From assembly GCA_002269645.1 (NCBI GenBank), contig NIVC01001521.1, positions 124,001 through 188,000 on the forward strand: DNA of 64,000 bases, written 5' to 3'. The position numbers and the translations under genes are program-made. Below are positions 1-13,114 of the stretch, piece after piece (within the stretch, counting starts at the first letter, position 1; each line of letters starts with the position of its first letter). The notes beneath the pieces are model-generated. The model worked only from the letters and a program-made list of their open reading frames with translations, searched no databases and had not been told where the DNA came from. The stretch is from Macrostomum lignano. Taxonomy: Eukaryota.

Positions 1-3000
1 GGTGAGTTCAGTGTGTCTTTCGAGGTGAGTTCAGTGTGTCTTTCGAGGTGAGTTCAGTGTGTCTTTCGAGGTGAGTTCAGTGTGTCTTTCGAGGTGAGTT
101 CAGTGTGTCTTTCGAGGTGAGTTCAGTGTGTCTTTCGAGGTGAGTTCAGTGTGTCTTTCGAGGTGAGTTCAGTGTGTCTTTCGAGGTGAGTTCAGTGTGT
201 CTTTCGAGGTGAGTTCAGTGTGTCTTTCGAGGTGAGTTCAGTGTGTCTTTCGAGGTGAGTTCAGTGTGTCTTTCGAGGTGAGTTCAGTGTGTCTTTCGAG
301 GTGAGTTCAGTGTGTCTTTCGAGGTGAGTTCAGTGTGTCTTTCGAGGTGAGTTCAGTGTGTCTTTCGAGGTGAGTTCAGTGTGTCTTTCGAGGTGAGTTC
401 AGTGTGTCTTTCGAGGTGAGTTCAGTGTGTCTTTCGAGGTGAGTTCAGTGTGTCTTTCGAGGTGAGTTCAGTGTGTCTTTCGAGGTGAGTTCAGTGTGTC
501 TTTCGAGGTGAGTTCAGTGTGTCTTTCGAGGTGAGTTCAGTGTGTCTTTCGAGGTGAGTTCAGTGTGTCTTTCGAGGTGAGTTCAGTGTGTCTTTCGAGG
601 TGAGTTCAGTGTGTCTTTCGAGGTGAGTTCAGTGTGTCTTTCGAGGTGAGTTCAGTGTGTCTTTCGAGGTGAGTTCAGTGTGTCTTTCGAGGTGAGTTCA
701 GTGTGTCTTTCGAGGTGAGTTCAGTGTGTCTTTCGAGTGAGTTCAGTGTGTCTTTCGAGGTGAGTTCAGTGTGTCTTTCGAGGTGAGTTCAGTGTGTCTT
801 TCGAGGTGAGTTCAGTGTGTCTTTCGAGGTGAGTTCAGTGTGTCTTTCGAGTGAGTTCAGTGTGTCTTTCGAGGTGAGTTCAGTGTGTCTTTCGAGTGAG
901 TTCAGTGTGTCTTTCGAGGTGAGTTCAGTGTGTCTTTCGAGGTGAGTTCAGTGTGTCTTTCGAGGTGAGTTCAGTGTGTCTTTCGAGGTGAGTTCAGTGT
1001 GTCTTTCGAGGTGAGTTCAGTGTGTCTTTCGAGGTGAGTTCAGTGTGTCTTTCGAGGTGAGTTCAGTGTGTCTTTCGAGGTGAGTTCAGTGTGTCTTTCG
1101 AGGTGAGTTCAGTGTGTCTTTCGAGGTGAGTTCAGTGTGTCTTTCGAGGTGAGTTCAGTGTGTCTTTCGAGGTGAGTTCAGTGTGTCTTTCGAGGTGAGT
1201 TCAGTGTGTCTTTCGAGGTGAGTTCAGTGTGTCTTTCGAGGTGAGTTCAGTGTGTCTTTCGAGGTGAGTTCAGTGTGTCTTTCGAGGTGAGTTCAGTGTG
1301 TCTTTCGAGGTGAGTTCAGTGTGTCTTTCGAGGTGAGTTCAGTGTGTCTTTCGAGGTGAGTTCAGTGTGTCTTTCGAGGTGAGTTCAGTGTGTCTTTCGA
1401 GGTGAGTTCAGTGTGTCTTTCGAGGTGAGTTCAGTGTGTCTTTCGAGGTGAGTTCAGTGTGTCTTTCGAGGTGAGTTCAGTGTGTCTTTCGAGGTGAGTT
1501 CAGTGTGTCTTTCGAGGTGAGTTCAGTGTGTCTTTCGAGGTGAGTTCAGTGTGTCTTTCGAGGTGAGTTCAGTGTGTCTTTCGAGGTGAGTTCAGTGTGT
1601 CTTTCGAGGTGAGTTCAGTGTGTCTTTCGAGGTGAGTTCAGTGTGTCTTTCGAGGTGAGTTCAGTGTGTCTTTCGAGGTGAGTTCAGTGTGTCTTTCGAG
1701 GTGAGTTCAGTGTGTCTTTCGAGGTGAGTTCAGTGTGTCTTTCGAGGTGAGTTCAGTGTGTCTTTCGAGGTGAGTTCAGTGTGTCTTTCGAGGTGAGTTC
1801 AGTGTGTCTTTCGAGGTGAGTTCAGTGTGTCTTTCGAGGTGAGTTCAGTGTGTCTTTCGAGGTGAGTTCAGTGTGTCTTTCGAGGTGAGTTCAGTGTGTC
1901 TTTCGAGGTGAGTTCAGTGTGTCTTTCGAGTGAGTTCAGTGTGTCTTTCGAGGTGAGTTCAGTGTGTCTTTCGAGGTGAGTTCAGTGTGTCTTTCGAGGT
2001 GAGTTCAGTGTGTCTTTCGAGGTGAGTTCAGTGTGTCTTTCGAGTGAGTTCAGTGTGTCTTTCGAGGTGAGTTCAGTGTGTCTTTCGAGTGAGTTCAGTG
2101 TGTCTTTCGAGGTGAGTTCAGTGTGTCTTTCGAGGTGAGTTCAGTGTGTCTTTCGAGGTGAGTTCAGTGTGTCTTTCGAGGTGAGTTCAGTGTGTCTTTC
2201 GAGTGAGTTCAGTGTGTCTTTCGAGGTGAGTTCAGTGTGTCTTTCGATGTGAGTTTAGTGTGTCTTTCGAGGTGAGTTCAGTGTGTCTTTCGAGGTGAGT
2301 TCAGTGTGTCTTTCGAGGTGAGTTCAGTGTGTCTTTCGAGGTGAGTTCAGTGTGTCTTTCGAGGTGAGTTCAGTGTGTCTTTCGAGGTGAGTTCAGTGTG
2401 TCTTTCGAGGTGAGTTCAGTGTGTCTTTCGAGGTGAGTTCAGTGTGTCTTTCGAGGTGAGTTCAGTGTGTCTTTCGAGGTGAGTTCAGTGTGTCTTTCGA
2501 GGTGAGTTCAGTGTGTCTTTCGAGGTGAGTTCAGTGTGTCTTTCGAGGTGAGTTCAGTGTGTCTTTCGAGGTGAGTTCAGTGTGTCTTTCGAGGTGAGTT
2601 CAGTGTGTCTTTCGAGGTGAGTTCAGTGTGTCTTTCGAGGTGAGTTCAGTGTGTCTTTCGAGGTGAGTTCAGTGTGTCTTTCGAGGTGAGTTCAGTGTGT
2701 CTTTCGAGGTGAGTTCAGTGTGTCTTTCGAGGTGAGTTCAGTGTGTCTTTCGAGGTGAGTTCAGTGTGTCTTTCGAGGTGAGTTCAGTGTGTCTTTCGAG
2801 GTGAGTTCAGTGTCTTTCGAGGTGAGTTCAGTGTGTCTTTCGAGGTGAGTTCAGTGTGTCTTTCGAGGTGAGTTCAGTGTGTCTTTCGAGGTGAGTTCAG
2901 TGTGTCTTTCGAGGTGAGTTCAGTGTGTCTTTCGAGGTGAGTTCAGTGTGTCTTTCGAGGTGAGTTCAGTGTGTCTTTCGAGGTGAGTTCAGTGTGTCTT

Positions 3001-5880
3001 TCGAGGTGAGTTCAGTGTGTCTTTCGAGGTGAGTTCAGTGTCTTTCGAGGTGAGTTCAGTGTGTCTTTCGAGGTGAGTTCAGTGTGTCTTTCGAGGTGAG
3101 TTCAGTGTGTCTTTCGAGGTGAGTTCAGTGTGTCTTTCGAGTGAGTTCAGTGTGTCTTTCGAGGTGAGTTCAGTGTGTCTTTCGAGGTGAGTTCAGTGTG
3201 TCTTTCGAGGTGAGTTCAGTGTGTCTTTCGAGGTGAGTTCAGTGTGTCTTTCGAGTGAGTTCAGTGTGTCTTTCGAGGTGAGTTCAGTGTGTCTTTCGAG
3301 GTGAGTTCAGTGTGTCTTTCGAGGTGAGTTCAGTGTGTCTTTCGAGGTGAGTTCAGTGTCTTTCGAGGTGAGTTCAGTGTGTCTTTCGAGGTGAGTTCAG
3401 TGTGTCTTTCGAGGTGAGTTCAGTGTGTCTTTCGAGGTGAGTTCAGTGTGTCTTTCGAGGTGAGTTCAGTGTGTCTTTCGAGGTGAGTTCAGTGTGTCTT
3501 TCGAGGTGAGTTCAGTGTGTCTTTCGAGGTGAGTTCAGTGTGTCTTTCGAGGTGAGTTCAGTGTGTCTTTCGAGGTGAGTTCAGTGTGTCTTTCGAGGTG
3601 AGTTCAGTGTGTCTTTCGAGGTGAGTTCAGTGTGTCTTTCGAGGTGAGTTCAGTGTGTCTTTCGAGGTGAGTTCAGTGTCTTTCGAGGTGAGTTCAGTGT
3701 GTCTTTCGAGGTGAGTTCAGTGTGTCTTTCGAGGTGAGTTCAGTGTGTCTTTCGAGGTGAGTTCAGTGTGTCTTTCGAGGTGAGTTCAGTGTGTCTTTCG
3801 AGGTGAGTTCAGTGTGTCTTTCGAGGTGAGTTCAGTGTGTCTTTCGAGGTGAGTTCAGTGTGTCTTTCGAGGTGAGTTCAGTGTGTCTTTCGAGGTGAGT
3901 TCAGTGTCTTTCGAGGTGAGTTCAGTGTGTCTTTCGAGGTGAGTTCAGTGTGTCTTTCGAGGTGAGTTCAGTGTGTCTTTCGAGGTGAGTTCAGTGTGTC
4001 TTTCGAGGTGAGTTCAGTGTGTCTTTCGAGGTGAGTTCAGTGTGTCTTTCGAGGTGAGTTCAGTGTGTCTTTCGAGGTGAGTTCAGTGTGTCTTTCGAGG
4101 TGAGTTCAGTGTGTCTTTCGAGATGAGTTCAGTGTGTCTTTCGAGGTGAGTTCAGTGTGTCTTTCGAGATGAGTTCAGTGTGTCTTTCGAGGTGAGTTCA
4201 GTGTGTCTTTCGAGTGAGTTCAGTGTGTCTTTCGAGGTGAGTTCAGTGTGTCTTTCGAGTGAGTTCAGTGTGTCTTTCGAGATGAGTTCAGTGTGTCTTT
4301 CGAGGTGAGTTCAGTGTGTCTTTCGAGATGAGTTCAGTGTGTCTTTCGAGGTGAGTTCAGTGTGTCTTTCGAGGTGAGTTCAGTGTGTCTTTCGAGGTGA
4401 GTTCAGTGTGTCTTTCGAGGTGAGTTCAGTGTGTCTTTCGAGGTGAGTTCAGTGTGTCTTTCGAGGTGAGTTCAGTGTCTTTCGAGGTGAGTTCAGTGTG
4501 TCTTTCGAGGTGAGTTCAGTGTGTCTTTCGAGGTGAGTTCAGTGTGTCTTTCGAGGTGAGTTCAGTGTGTCTTTCGAGGTGAGTTCAGTGTGTCTTTCGA
4601 GGTGAGTTCAGTGTGTCTTTCGAGGTGAGTTCAGTGTGTCTTTCGAGGTGAGTTCAGTGTGTCTTTCGAGGTGAGTTCAGTGTGTCTTTCGAGGTGAGTT
4701 CAGTGTGTCTTTCGAGGTGAGTTCAGTGTGTCTTTCGAGGTGAGTTCAGTGTGTCTTTCGAGGTGAGTTCAGTGTGTCTTTCGAGGTGAGTTCAGTGTGT
4801 CTTTCGAGGTGAGTTCAGTGTCTTTCGGGTGAGTTCAGTGTGTCTTTCGAGGTGAGTTCAGTGTGTCTTTCGAGGTGAGTTCAGTGTGTCTTTCGAGGTG
4901 AGTTCAGTGTGTCTTTCGAGGTGAGTTCAGTGTGTCTTTCGAGGTGAGTTCAGTGTGTCTTTCGAGGTGAGTTCAGTGTGTCTTTCGAGGTGAGTTCAGT
5001 GTGTCTTTCGAGGTGAGTTCAGTGTGTCTTTCGAGGTGAGTTCAGTGTCTTTCGAGGTGAGTTCAGTGTGTCTTTCGAGGTGAGTTCAGTGTGTCTTTCG
5101 AGGTGAGTTCAGTGTGTCTTTCGAGGTGAGTTCAGTGTGTCTTTCGAGGTGAGTTCAGTGTGTCTTTCGAGGTGAGTTCAGTGTCTTTCGAGGTGAGTTC
5201 AGTGTGTCTTTCGAGGTGAGTTCAGTGTGTCTTTCGAGGTGAGTTCAGTGTGTCTTTCGAGGTGAGTTCAGTGTGTCTTTCGAGTGAGTTCAGTGTGTCT
5301 TTCGAGGTGAGTTCAGTGTGTCTTTCGAGGTGTTCAGTGTGTCTTTCGAGGTGAGTTCAGTGTGTCTTTCGAGGTGAGTTCAGTGTGTCTTTCGAGGTGA
5401 GTTCAGTGTGTCTTTCGAGGTGAGTTCAGTGTGTCTTTCGAGGTGAGTTCAGTGTGTCTTTCGAGGTGAGTTCAGTGTGTCTTTCGAGGTGAGTTCAGTG
5501 TGTCTTTCGAGGTGAGTTCAGTGTGTCTTTCGAGGTGAGTTCAGTGTGTCTTTCGAGGTGAGTTCAGTGTGTCTTTCGAGGTGAGTTCAGTGTGTCTTTC
5601 GAGTGAGTTCAGTGTGTCTTTCGAGGTGAGTTCAGTGTGTCTTTCGAGTGAGTCAGTGTGTCTTTCGAGGTGAGTTCAGTGTGTCTTTCGAGGTGAGTTC
5701 AGTGTGTCTTTCGAGGTGAGTTCAGTGTGTCTTTCGAGGTGAGTTCAGTGTGTCTTTCGAGGTGAGTTCAGTGTGTCTTTCGAGGTGAGTTCAGTGTCTT
5801 TCGAGGTGAGTTTGCAGTGTGTCTTTCGAGGTGAGTTCAGCGTGTCTTTCGAGCAGGTGTCTTTCGAGGTGAGTTCAGGT
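1..5880. repeat. 23-bp tandem satellite (GGTGAGTTCAGTGTGTCTTTCGA)n, ~255 copies, continues past window start
   Basis: Direct: near-perfect 23-nt period; variants are mostly loss of one G or of one TG. Confidence 0.99.
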
Positions 5881-6116
5881 GTCTCCCGAGTGGTTTGGTC
5901 TTCGTGTACGTCTCGAGACGGGTTTAGTTGTGCCTTGCAATGAATTTTATGCATATTTCGGGGCTGTCGATCGTGTCCGTGGCAGCGAGTTTCTCAGATG
6001 GTTTTAGCTCGGGACATTAAGTACTCGTCAGTGTGCATTAAGAGGAGCGACATGACTACACTTCTAAAGTATAGTATAGTAGCATCGAAAAAGTAATAAA
6101 ATATACCAGAACCCAC

Positions 6117-6306
6117 CTGCTTTTTCACAATTAGCAAAGCAAGGCTCCACATAGCTGAATCCAGGAACAGAAAAGGTCATCTTATAGCCACGGAGAATAG
6201 CAGGTGTGGTCTGTTTAACAACAACATTCTTTTTGTTTGCCAAATTGTCTGCATTCATGTTGCTACCATAACCAAAAAACCAGATAGACTTAGAACTGCC
6301 GGACAT
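6117..6306 (-). CDS. Gamma-glutamylcyclotransferase (GGCT/AIG2-like fold) protein, first coding exon; rest of gene not resolved in window
   Basis: MSGSSKSIWFFGYGSNM matches the GGCT YFxYGSN motif, followed by LRGYKMTF..PGFSYVEPCFA. Donor GCAG|GTGGGT at 6116 (phase 1). Acceptor TTGACAG lies 9 nt upstream of the ATG. Confidence 0.75.
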
Positions 6307-7569
6307 GCTTTTGGTCTGTCAATGCAAATTGCGAGTTATTTAAGAATTTGAAAAAGTACCTATTTAAACTGGAAAAACATAGTGGGACTCTTAAATCTAA
6401 AGATCTTTAGAACTTTCTTCTAGCATGCTGCCAGCTGTCTTGGTGACTTTACATTAGCTCACATTAATCTCGGAGTGAGTACAGTACATGTTGTCTCTTT
6501 CAGTGAGTTCAAGGTGTCTTAGTAAGTGCAGGGTGTCTTAGTGAATGCAGGGTGTCTATTCTAGTACAGTAAAATGAAGTCTGCAACTTTCCTTGATATT
6601 AAAATGTTTGTTAGCTATAACTTGATTTATTTAAAAATAATTCATAGCTAAAATGATAACAGGAAAATTAACTTTTGTATAACTTTATTATTATTGACAG
6701 TTTTTAAAAAGAAAAAAAAGTAGATCAAGTAGTATTTTATCAAAAATTATTTTTTTATATTTTGTTTTTGAAAGCACACCATAATAGAGGCACTACAAAG
6801 AAAAGTTAGAAGCATAAGATGGGGTTGTTAGCGAATACAGAAAAATTACATATATGTGGCTAAGGTAGAAACAAGTCACAATTTCAATTCAAAATTACAA
6901 ACCAAAAATTATAATGCAAGTAACATAGCATAGAAAATATCTGCTTAAATAATTAAAAAAGTACTTTTCAAACAATGGAAGAGGTCATTAGGTACAATAT
7001 TACAATATAACATTAGTATAAAAATGAGGCAAATTTATATAAAACAAAAATCTTGAGACTACAAAAGATTTCCAATCAAAGGTTACAAACATATTATAAC
7101 AATAGTTTCAAAACATAAAATTATTTTTTTTAAATTTGCTAAAATATGCTATGTAAATATAGTTTTACATATATAATCCTAAAATATTTCAACATTTGAA
7201 AACTAAATTAGATACAGTATCTAGAACATAATTAATAATAAAAATATACAAATATATTCATTATTACTACTAACAATATTATATATTCTAGTAAAAATGA
7301 AAACATACATATGCTATTTACTAAAATACCCAATCAGCCAGCTGTTGTCTAATTAAAATCCAATGAACCAAAATTTGCATATATAATAAGCCAAAAGATC
7401 ATTTATTTCATGCAAGTAACTTGCTGGTCATATAAAGTGCAAAAATGACCTAGCCAAAAAAAGAATCAATCTTGAATGTATCATATTATACTTATTTAAA
7501 TTTGATACAATTTACAATACAGCAAAAGGAAACGTTTGACATAAATCAGTTAATATTCATCATAAAGTA

Positions 7570-8412
7570 TTATAACTGCCGCAGATTGTCTGGGATTCCA
7601 GTTGCATGACCAGTCTTGAGAATTCGTTCCTTAGCAGACATTCCAGACACTTGACTCATGTTGTCAGCAAAGTTTTGATTTCGCTGTTGTGCCAAGATAT
7701 CCATGAACATTTCGTCTCGAAGCTGTTGAGAAACCTTTTGCTCCTGGCGAAGAGGATTTAAAGCTGCACCGGGCTCGAATTTTGGCGGAGAATGCATTCC
7801 TTGTTAAGTCTAGTTGAATTCTCGGCTCCATGTGATTCGACTCCATCAACAGGCAGCGCTGCTTGATCACAATTCCAGCGGCTTTTGCGCTCTTCATTAA
7901 TCATTTTTAGAAATTTCGATGAGCTTCGCTTTGGCCTCTCTTCTGTAGTGCTATCAATGATGACAGCATTTGGATCGGAAAGTCGCTGAGGTTCTAATTC
8001 TTTCTCTTTCGGGCGCTCCTCGTCCCAGATCGCGACGATAAATTGGACTTGGGCAAATCTCGCTGGGTTGGTGGTCTTGAAGGCGGCAATGAAAGAGGTA
8101 CGGGATCGCCCTCGGAAAAGGGTACCGTCAATAGGGTTCCAAGCTCGTGTGACGAAAGTATTCTTACATGGGAATCTCTAAGAGCAACAACATCGTTCTC
8201 TGCTTCTCCACAAACAAAGCGGTTAAGTTTCAGACAAACCTCAATACTCGCAGGAGCAATTTCCATTACCTTTTAACCAGCACCTTAAGTTACAGAAAAA
8301 CAGTTAATGACGAAGGCGTGATTCGCCTGAAGGCTGAAGCCTCCTCTTGTGTGTTCAGATTGAACTTTCTTGCAAGACGCGAAATTTGAATTTGGGATAG
8401 GTCGCTTGACAT
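7570..8412 (-). CDS. Putative small multi-exon gene of unknown function
   Basis: ATG at 8412 opens MSSDLSQIQISRLARKFNLNTQEEASAFR. An acceptor (GCTCTTAG, ~8180) opens a ~140-codon stop-free frame (RFPCKNTFVTRAWNPIDGTLFRG...). A further 75-aa frame lies at 7570-7797. The GC-richer island sits in AT-rich flanks, but I could not join the exons or recognise a family. Confidence 0.35.
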
Positions 8413-8799
8413 CAATCAATATATAATTTTGTCTTTTAGTGTTACACTCAAAAACAATTTTAAAAAGTTAAAAGTTAATTTTATGTATTATAAAACATTT
8501 TAATTCTAGCAGTAACATAGATGACCTGTAAATGTTGTTATAGCGACCTAATTTTTTATATACATTTTAAGTCCTTAAGTTTCAAAGAACGGCAAATTAA
8601 TTATTATATTATATTATATAATCAAATTAATAATTATATATATTTTTAATTGGGTTAGGACTGGAGTAGCGAATAGGCCCTACATGTTATGATGTTATTA
8701 TTGGATTAAAATAGTGAGTTGTTAATAATAGTCAATAAATTATGTTTCAAATATGTTATTTGTTTCAAATAAATGATTAGTAACAATGCTTATGGTTTT

Positions 8800-10370
8800 C
8801 TTCCTACTTGTACACTGCCAAAGTAGCCAAACCCATTAATTTTTCATTTTTGAAGTGATGTGGCCACAGCCTTCTGCTACAAGCATAGGGCCACATTCAC
8901 ATCTTAGGCACTGCTATCTGCTGCTAGTATCTGGAATAAGAACTGTTCTGCTGCCTCCATGCACTCTAATCAGCCTTCCTTAACACTGAGAAGTTGCATA
9001 ATATAGTACAATTGAGTCATCATAATGAGGCTTGAGGCTCATTAACATAGGAAACTAGGAAGCTTTCTAGCCTAGGGTTAGTTAGTGGAAGCCGCCAAAT
9101 TTGGCGATTGCATGGACTATTGTTGCCTAGCCTACCACGTACAATTGCTCAGTGTACACAAATCTAATTAGGCCTAGCTGGATTCCTCTCCTTGTGCACT
9201 TGCTAGACTTTCTCCTCTTCTGCTCTCTCATTCCTTTGCCATCTAAGCCTCTTCCCATATGTCATTCTTTTAGACTAAGGGTTTCATGGACCCTATGTCC
9301 TGAGCTGAACCCTCCCTTTGTGCAGCCTTGTGCGCATAAGCCCAAATTTGGCATGCTACTTTCACTAATGGCTTGAGGCAACTGTCGGCTACTCTCCTCC
9401 CATGTTTAATCAATATTTATTGTGCATCATTATCCACACTCTTTGGGCTGCCATTCCATAGTCAGTCCATAGAATGCCCAACCGCTCTATCCTCGGCATT
9501 CTATATCAATGCATGCAGGCCGTTCGTCTGAATTTCTTCTCAGACTCAACTAGTGAGGACTTGTCAAGAGATATCTCCAAGTTCTAGCACTCTAGCGCTA
9601 GTTAACAGTAAAGCAAAGCTCTTAAGCAGGTCTTGGTAGAGCAAAGCATTGCTAGAAGCAGATGCAAGCTTCTAAGCAGGTCTTGGTAGAGCATTGCTAG
9701 TGCTATAGCTCTGGTTTCCAGCTTACCCTATTGGCAGGAAATCAGTTGGCTAAAGCCATTCTGCTGATTGTCTATAATTCATGACATAGGTGCAAATAAT
9801 AATAATGAGAGTGATTGTGCAGTTGCAGCACATGTGCACAATTCTAAGAAATAGCTATTAGACTTAGTCAGTTGTGAGTCTGTTGCTGCTATAGGTGCAT
9901 AGACCTATTCCTTGCTGCCCATCTATGTAAGACATAGCTATTTAGTTAGTTGGAGTTAGAAGTCCTCTGAGAGCTAAACTCAGACACACTCAAGCGTGGA
10001 CATTTGTCAGTCCCAAGACTTCGCCGCTTAGGCCATTTGTTACTATTAAGTCCTATCATTTGGACATTAAAATCTCTGAGACTAGTTGTTCTAGCATTAT
10101 TTATTTGCATGGAACCTAATCAGACCCCTTCATTGCCAATCCTATAGTCCCCATGCTAGTGGCAGCACTCCCTTGATTTTAGAATTCTCCCCAGTCTCAG
10201 CCCCTATAAAAGTGTTTGCTAGGGTTAACCCGGACAACAGCAGTCCATCCCACCTCAAAAGCCAAAGAGTAAACCATTACACTGGTAATAGCAGTGCAAT
10301 TCCAAGATCTCTAGACCCAAATCCAAGCAACCCCCAATTCTTGCAACACTACAGAAGCAATGTCTAAATT
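8800..10370 (-). mobile_element. Possible highly decayed non-LTR retrotransposon remnant
   Basis: Only scattered motif remnants on the minus strand (RDFNVQ resembling endonuclease GDFN; GH...EWQP resembling the RTE C-terminus), many stops, and CpG-poor by eye. Confidence 0.25.
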
Positions 10371-11474
10371 TATAGAATCATAATCATATGCAGAGTCTAC
10401 ATATATATTTTATATATTATATATATGCATATTGAATTTTTATAACTAGTATTCAGCTTCACTACAAATATTAATTTCCAAATGTTACACAATAGCAGAT
10501 AAGGCATTTTGTCAATATTTAGTAGAGATTGCTATTTACTATTTGTTTCTAAATATTTTTTTTAAATTTGATTTAAGTAAAACTAATTGAAATATTTTGG
10601 TTTATCTAATTTGTATAAATTATTTGGTTTCACAAATTCAAATGATATATTTTTCAGATGAACTAAATAAACAAAATTCAAGTATTATTATAGTGCAAAG
10701 TGTAGTATACATTAAATGGTTTTATAGTTAATTACTATTGTTATTGTTTCCACTGTAAGAATTTGATTCCTACTACTTACCTACTAGAGTGAATGCTATG
10801 CAGCTAGTATTTTGTTTTAAATATCTAATACTAGTATAAATATATATATATATATGTATCTGCAGGTCAATTTAACCTATGTAAATTGTGTCAGACTATT
10901 GGTAGGTTGCAAAATTGACAATGTTTTCTGATATTTTTGACAAATTTTGACAACAGTATAGGTTTTTACAGAATCAAACTTCTTAGTCTTCCAATTTCCT
11001 CTAAAGCCCTATTAAATCTCAACATAACATGCTCAATTGTAATACCCTCAATTCCTCTGCCTTTCTCCAAAGCACAATTATCCCTAATTCTATAACTCAA
11101 CTCTCAACTTGTTTCAAATCTTTGTGTCACATTAAAATGACTAATTGGTATTTCAATTGACAATTGTCAACTTTCCTATTCCATTTTAAAGCAAATATTT
11201 GGTTGATTCAATTTGGAAGTTTTAATCTAAGATAAATTTTATGAGATTGTCAAATAACTTTGATCATGCTTAATATTTATTGTTTTAGTGTTTAACATTT
11301 GCATTTTAACTTTTGATAAAAATTTGGTCATTGTCAAATTATCTCTATCTAGTGATTTTTGTCATGAAATAGTATAATTATTAATTCAATATTCATATTT
11401 TTGACATTCTTGGTTTATTATTATTTTTTGACCTAATTCTAAAAAAATTATATAAAAAAACACATTCTGCTACT

Positions 11475-12933
11475 ATGATGACAACTTCAAGCACTGGTTG
11501 GATGCGCTATCCAAGTATGTCGGTACCTAATGTGACTATTTCAATGCGCCTGTTTCAAGCATTGAAAAATCCTGCAGAGGTGCACACTGCTGCTATTCAA
11601 GGTCACCTTGCTGGAGCTTTGGTGTCAACTAAATTAGTGAGCTTTTGCAGCAACTGTGCTTGTATTAGTGAGATTCTGAATAAGTCAAGGGTATTAGCAG
11701 CCTTCTAAATGACCCATGGGGTATTAGCGACCTTCTAAATGACCCTTGGGGTATTAGCGACCATCTAAATGACCCCTGGGGTATTAGCGACCTTCTAAAT
11801 GACCCCTGGGGGTATTAGCGACCTTCTAAATGACCCCTGGGTTATTAGCGACCTTCCAAATGACCCCTGGAGCATTAGCGACCTTCTAAATGACCCCTGG
11901 GGGTATTAGCGACCTTCTAAATGACCCCTGGGGTATTAGCGCCCTTCTAAATGACCCCTGGGGGTATTAGCGACCTTCTAAATGACCCCTGGGGTATTAG
12001 CGATCTTCTAAATGACCCCTGGGGTATTAGCGACTTTCTAAATGACCCCTGGGGTATTAGCGACCTTCTAAATGACCCCTGGGGTATTAGCGACCTTCTA
12101 AATGACCCCTGGGTTATTAGCGACCTTCCAAATGACCCCTGGGGTATTAGCGACCTTCTAAATGACCCCTGGGTTATTAGCGACCTTCCAAATGACCCCT
12201 GGGGTATTAGCGACCTTCTAAATGACCCCTGGGGTATTGGCGACCTTCTAAATGACCCCTGGGGTATTAGCGATCTTCTAAATGACCCCTGGGGTATTAG
12301 CGACCTTCTAAATGACCCCTGGGGGTATCTTTTGACCTTCTAAGTGACCCAAAACGGTATTAGCGACCTTCTAAATGACCCATGGGGTATTAGCGGTCTT
12401 CTAAATGACCTGTAGGGGTATTAGCGACCTTTTATGAATAAATAACCCATAGGGTATTAGCGACCTTCTAAATGACATAAATTTGTCATTGATCTCAGGT
12501 GTACGACAGCTTGCACCTGCTCACAGCCGCCAATCAAGCTTTGGCTCATCAATCGGAGTCTCGCATGGCAACTAAATCAATTCACACGGAACTGCTGTAC
12601 TGTCTATCGCCAACAAAAAATATCAGTCAATCTTTAGCCAAGTTCGGTATGAACTCCAGCACTGCCAGTGTAGTTGCTGTGCTGTTTCATCCCCAATCAG
12701 CTGATATCTCGTCCGCTAGCCTAGACGGATTAGAATCCAAGTTGACCAGTCAACTAGATTGCGAATCTAGCCATTCACTGTGGCCCGACACTAATCCCGA
12801 GTGCGATCTTGTCGAACTATTTGAACTGTACAAAGTCACACCGGAGGAGCAGGCCCTGTCAAAGGAATCTGGAGATTCGCTCAGTTACTGTTTTGTAACC
12901 AGAGTCGCTTGCAAAGATGTGGTTACCGTGTAG
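11475..12933 (+). CDS. TPRKB: EKC/KEOPS complex subunit TPRKB (CGI-121); join(11475..11636,12499..12933), ~198 aa
   Basis: Donor TTA|GTGAGC and acceptor TCTCAG|GTG, both phase 0. The product contains LLTAANQAL..RMATKSIHTELLYCLSPTKNISQSLAKFG, the CGI-121 signature. Confidence 0.92.
11690..12475. repeat. 30-bp minisatellite (GGGGTATTAGCGACCTTCTAAATGACCCCT)n filling the TPRKB intron
   Basis: Direct periodicity; gives the spurious (ISDLLNDPWG)n ORF. Confidence 0.97.
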
Positions 12934-13114
12934 GACTGCAATTTTAAGTGTTGCTCTCTTGTTTATATTACTATCAGTAGCTTAATTGCAAGTTTTTATT
13001 TGTTCAATTATTGTGTCAAAGTAAATTGTTGTTAACCTACCATTAGGTCTTTATTGCTTCTGTGAATTTTTTTGTGTTTGCTTGGTTATTTGTTAGTAAT
13101 CGATTTTCTAAGTA

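Noticed and set aside
1-5880. CRISPR-like array
   Set aside because: Units abut directly with no unique spacers; eukaryotic context, no cas genes.
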